A stretch of DNA of 64,000 nt from the human T2T-CHM13v2.0 reference genome, Homo sapiens. The stretch is from NCBI RefSeq assembly GCF_009914755.1, contig NC_060925.1; one strand, written 5' to 3'. This document shows, piece after piece, positions 60,770 through 64,000 of the stretch (the stretch's first letter is position 1; every line of letters begins with the position of its first letter). Under the pieces are notes generated by a model. The model ran no database searches. It saw nothing but the letters and a program-made list of their open reading frames with translations, and had not been told where the DNA came from. A program made the translations under genes and the position numbers.

Positions 60770-62075
60770 GTATGAAATCTGCCGGGGTTTTAATCTCAGC
60801 TCTGTCACTTTCTAGCTGTGTCAACTTGGGAAAGTTATTTAGCCTCTCCATACCCCAGTTACCTTATCTGTAAAATGGCAATAAGAATAATCCCTACCTT
60901 AATAGGGTTATTATGAGGATCAAATGAATTTTTGTTTTGTGAAGCTATTAGAACTGTGGGTTTGTTAACATACTAATAAACCTGTTTATAAGTAAAATAT
61001 TGAATGCCTACTGTGAACCTGGCATTTTCATAACGTCACTTCATTTTGACCTTATTCTACCTCTCTGAGTAACTATTATTCACCCATGTTCACAGATTTT
61101 AAAAACTGAGGTTGAAAAGGAGTTGGTAATTGGCTCAGGAGTTCATGGACGCAAACCCTTGACTGGAGCCCATGATGTCACCTGGAGAGAGAGACAAGTA
61201 AGTGTGACTCTGGCTTATGCTGGAAGCATGTGGTGCCACAGAGAACAGTGCAGGATTTGGCAAGACCTCTTGGAGAGCTGGACCCCACACCTGTGGGGAG
61301 GGAGACATGAGTATTGTGAATCTGATTCTTGCTCCTGCTGGTCCTGAGTGAAGTCCTCACCTCAGGAGAGTCGGGCGCTCATCTCAGAGAAAATACCCTT
61401 CTTGGTGGAAGCATACAGACTCCCTAGAGAGAAATGTACTATAGATGCTGTAGCTCAAGGATAAAGACTTTAAGAAACATCAAGGAAAACCTAAAAAATT
61501 ACTTATTAAATCAATCCTGGAGTTAGAGGCTTAGGTTTTTTGATGTATTTTTCAGGTCTCTGTTCAATTGACATTATAGGTCAGAAGTTAGGAGTATGAA
61601 CTTTGGAGTCATACTAACTGAAGTTTAATTCCCAACTGTGATATTCAATACTATTATTAATTCCGAGTACTTGCTGGGCATGTGGTAGGTATATACCAGG
61701 TACTGAGCTAGGCACTTCACGTGAATCACCTCATTTCATCCTCCCTGCAGTTCTGAGGATTGTCATCCCTGGTTCACAGCTAAGGAGACCAAAGCTCAGT
61801 TAATTTAAGTAACTTTTCCACAGCAAAACAGCATGAAAGCCTAGAGCACTGGCTGTAGCATCAGGTTCCTGAGGATGAATCTTGAAATGCCTTCTAGACT
61901 GTACAAACTAAGGTGAGTAACTGAACCTCTCTAAGCTGAGTTTCCTCATCTGTAAAAATGGAAAATGATGACCTAATTCATAGGGTTGATATGACACTAA
62001 ATATATGGGAATACATACGGCACCTAACATGGTGCCTGGCACACACAGTAAGCATAGTAAATAGAGGTAATTTGC
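60770..62075. mobile_element. Cluster of MIR relics in alternating orientation
   Basis: Cores at about 60790-60930 (+), 61000-61140 (-), 61575-61650 (+), 61665-61830 (-) and 61900-62070 (+), e.g. 'gtttcctcatctgtaaaaatgg'. Confidence 0.65.
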
Positions 62076-62374
62076 TGGCTGACTGTCCATACATGCTCAT
62101 AGTCAGGAGCACCCATTTTGGTGCCTGCTTAGCTCAGTGTCTCATGTGCTTGCTTCATCTTCTTTATTTTCATCATCAAACACTCAGGGAGCTCATATTG
62201 GGTGCTGAGCACAGTTGAAGACCAGAACCTCTCCTAAGAACCAAATGCTTATGGAGCTGGTAATGTGCTGAAGAACTTAAGAGGAGAATTGCACCATCCT
62301 GGTTGGGGTGTGCTGGGAACATGTGATAGAAGACAATAATGGCCAGTGTTTACATGACATTTTTTTTTCTTGAG

Positions 62375-64000
62375 GTTTTAATTTTTTAAAATTATTAAAA
62401 AAATTTTTTATGTGTACATAATAGGTATATATATTTATAGTGTACATGCAATGTTTTATTACAGGCCTATAATGCAAAATAAGCACATCAAGGTGAATGG
62501 GGTATTCATCCCCTCAAGCATTTATCTTTTGAGTTACAAATAATTCAATTATATGCTTTAAGTTATTTTAAAATATATAATTTATTATTGACTACAGTCA
62601 TCCTATGTGCTATCAAATAGTAGCTGTTATTAATTCTTTTCAGTTTTTTGTACCCATTAACTATCCTTACCTTCCTCTCAACCCCCGACTACCCTTCCCA
62701 ATCTCTGATAACCATCCTTCTTCTCTCCATGACTGTGAGTTCAATTGATTTGATTTTTAGATCCACAAATAAGTGAGAACATGTGATGTTTGTCTCTCCG
62801 TGCCTGGCTTATTTCATTAAACATAAATTATTTCCACTTCTATCCATGTTGTTGCAAATGACTGGATCCCATTCTTTTTTATGACTGAATAGTACTCCAT
62901 TGTGTGTAAGTACCACATTTTCTTAATACATTCTTCTGTTGATGGACACTTTGGTTGATTCCAAATCTTAGCTTTTGTAAATGGTGCTGCAACAAACATA
63001 GGAGTGCAGATATCTCTTCAACGTACCGATTTCCTCTCTTTTGGGTATATACCTAGCAGTGGGATTGCAGGATCATATGGTAGCTCAATTTTTAGTTTTT
63101 TGGGGAACCTCTAAACTGTTTTCCATAGTGCTTGTACTAATTTACATTCCCACCAACAGTGTTCGAGGGTTCCCTTTCTCCACATCCTTGCCAGCATTTG
63201 TTATTGCCTGTCATTGGATAAAAGCCATTTTAACTGGGGTGAGATAATATTTCATTGTAGTTCTGATTTGCATTTCTCTGATGATCAGTGATGCTGATCA
63301 CCTTTTTATATGCCTGTTTGCCATTTGTGTGTCTTTTTTTTGAGAAATGTCTATTCAAATTTTTGTCCATTTTTCAATCCGATTATCAGATTTTTTCCTA
63401 TAGAGTTGTTTGAGCTCCTTATATATTCTAGTTATTAATACGTCAGATGGATAGTTTGCAAATATTTTCTCCCATTCTGTGGATTGTCTCTTCACTTTGT
63501 TGATTGTGTTTTTTGCTGTGCAGAAGCTTTTAAGCTTGATGTGATCTCATTTCTCCATGTTAGCTTTGCTTGCCTGTGCTTGTGGAGTATTGCTCAAGAA
63601 ATCTTTGCCCAGACCAATTGTCCTGGAGAGTGTTTCCAAAGGTCTTTGTGTAGTAGTTTTATAGTTTGAGGTCTTAGGTTTAAATCTTTAATCCATTTTG
63701 ATTTGATTTTTGTATATGATGAGAGATAGGAGTCTAGTTTCATTCTTTTGCATGTGAATATCTAGTTTTCCCAGCACAATTTATTAAAGAGATTCTCTTT
63801 TCCCCAGTGTATCTTCTTGGCAGCTTTGTAAAAAATGAGTTTCCTTTAGGTGGGTGGATTTGTTTCTGGGTTCTCTATTCTGTTCCATTGGCCTATGTGT
63901 CCATTTTTATGTCAGTGCCATGCTGTTTTCTTTACTATAGCTTTGTAGTAGAATTTGAAGTCAGGAAACGTGATTCCTCCAGTTTTGTTCTTTTTGCTCA
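62375..64000 (-). mobile_element. L1MA1-3-like element, 3' portion (continues beyond the window)
   Basis: 3'UTR 'gaatggggtattcatcccctcaagcatttatc' and degenerate ORF2 C-terminus (track ORF 62817-62999, ...WNQPKC...). Confidence 0.92.

Overview
Primate (hominoid, very probably human) AT-rich intergenic or deep-intronic DNA. I recognise no host protein-coding exon, tRNA, rRNA or CRISPR feature, and I cannot name the locus. Much of the window is interspersed repeat: one full-length but inactivated L1PA3-like LINE-1 (about 471-6541, minus strand), five 5'-truncated L1PA pieces, older L1M, L2 and MIR relics, about 13 Alus, solo LTRs (MER57, LTR16, MLT1, MLT2) and DNA-transposon relics (Tigger2a, Tigger3a, MER58A, MER5, Charlie, MADE1). 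Subfamily calls come from recalled consensus diagnostics and need RepeatMasker/Dfam confirmation. The long ORFs in the track are L1 remnants or artefacts of Alu and microsatellite sequence. I see no evidence of a new protein-based system. The best observations are structural or evolutionary: (1) an L1 3' transduction of about 320 bp bounded by a 13-bp TSD (19474-21069); (2) rare non-consensus variants shared by three neighbouring L1PA copies, suggesting local gene conversion; (3) a 250-bp inverted duplication sitting inside an Alu-associated pyrimidine microsatellite (12247-13267); (4) a 39-bp templated duplication; (5) an L1 antisense promoter with a strong splice donor pointing at candidate + strand non-coding exons; (6) a MADE1 hairpin carrying a miR-548-5p-type sequence; (7) repeat-poor, homeodomain-motif-rich candidate enhancer blocks and a CTCF motif.
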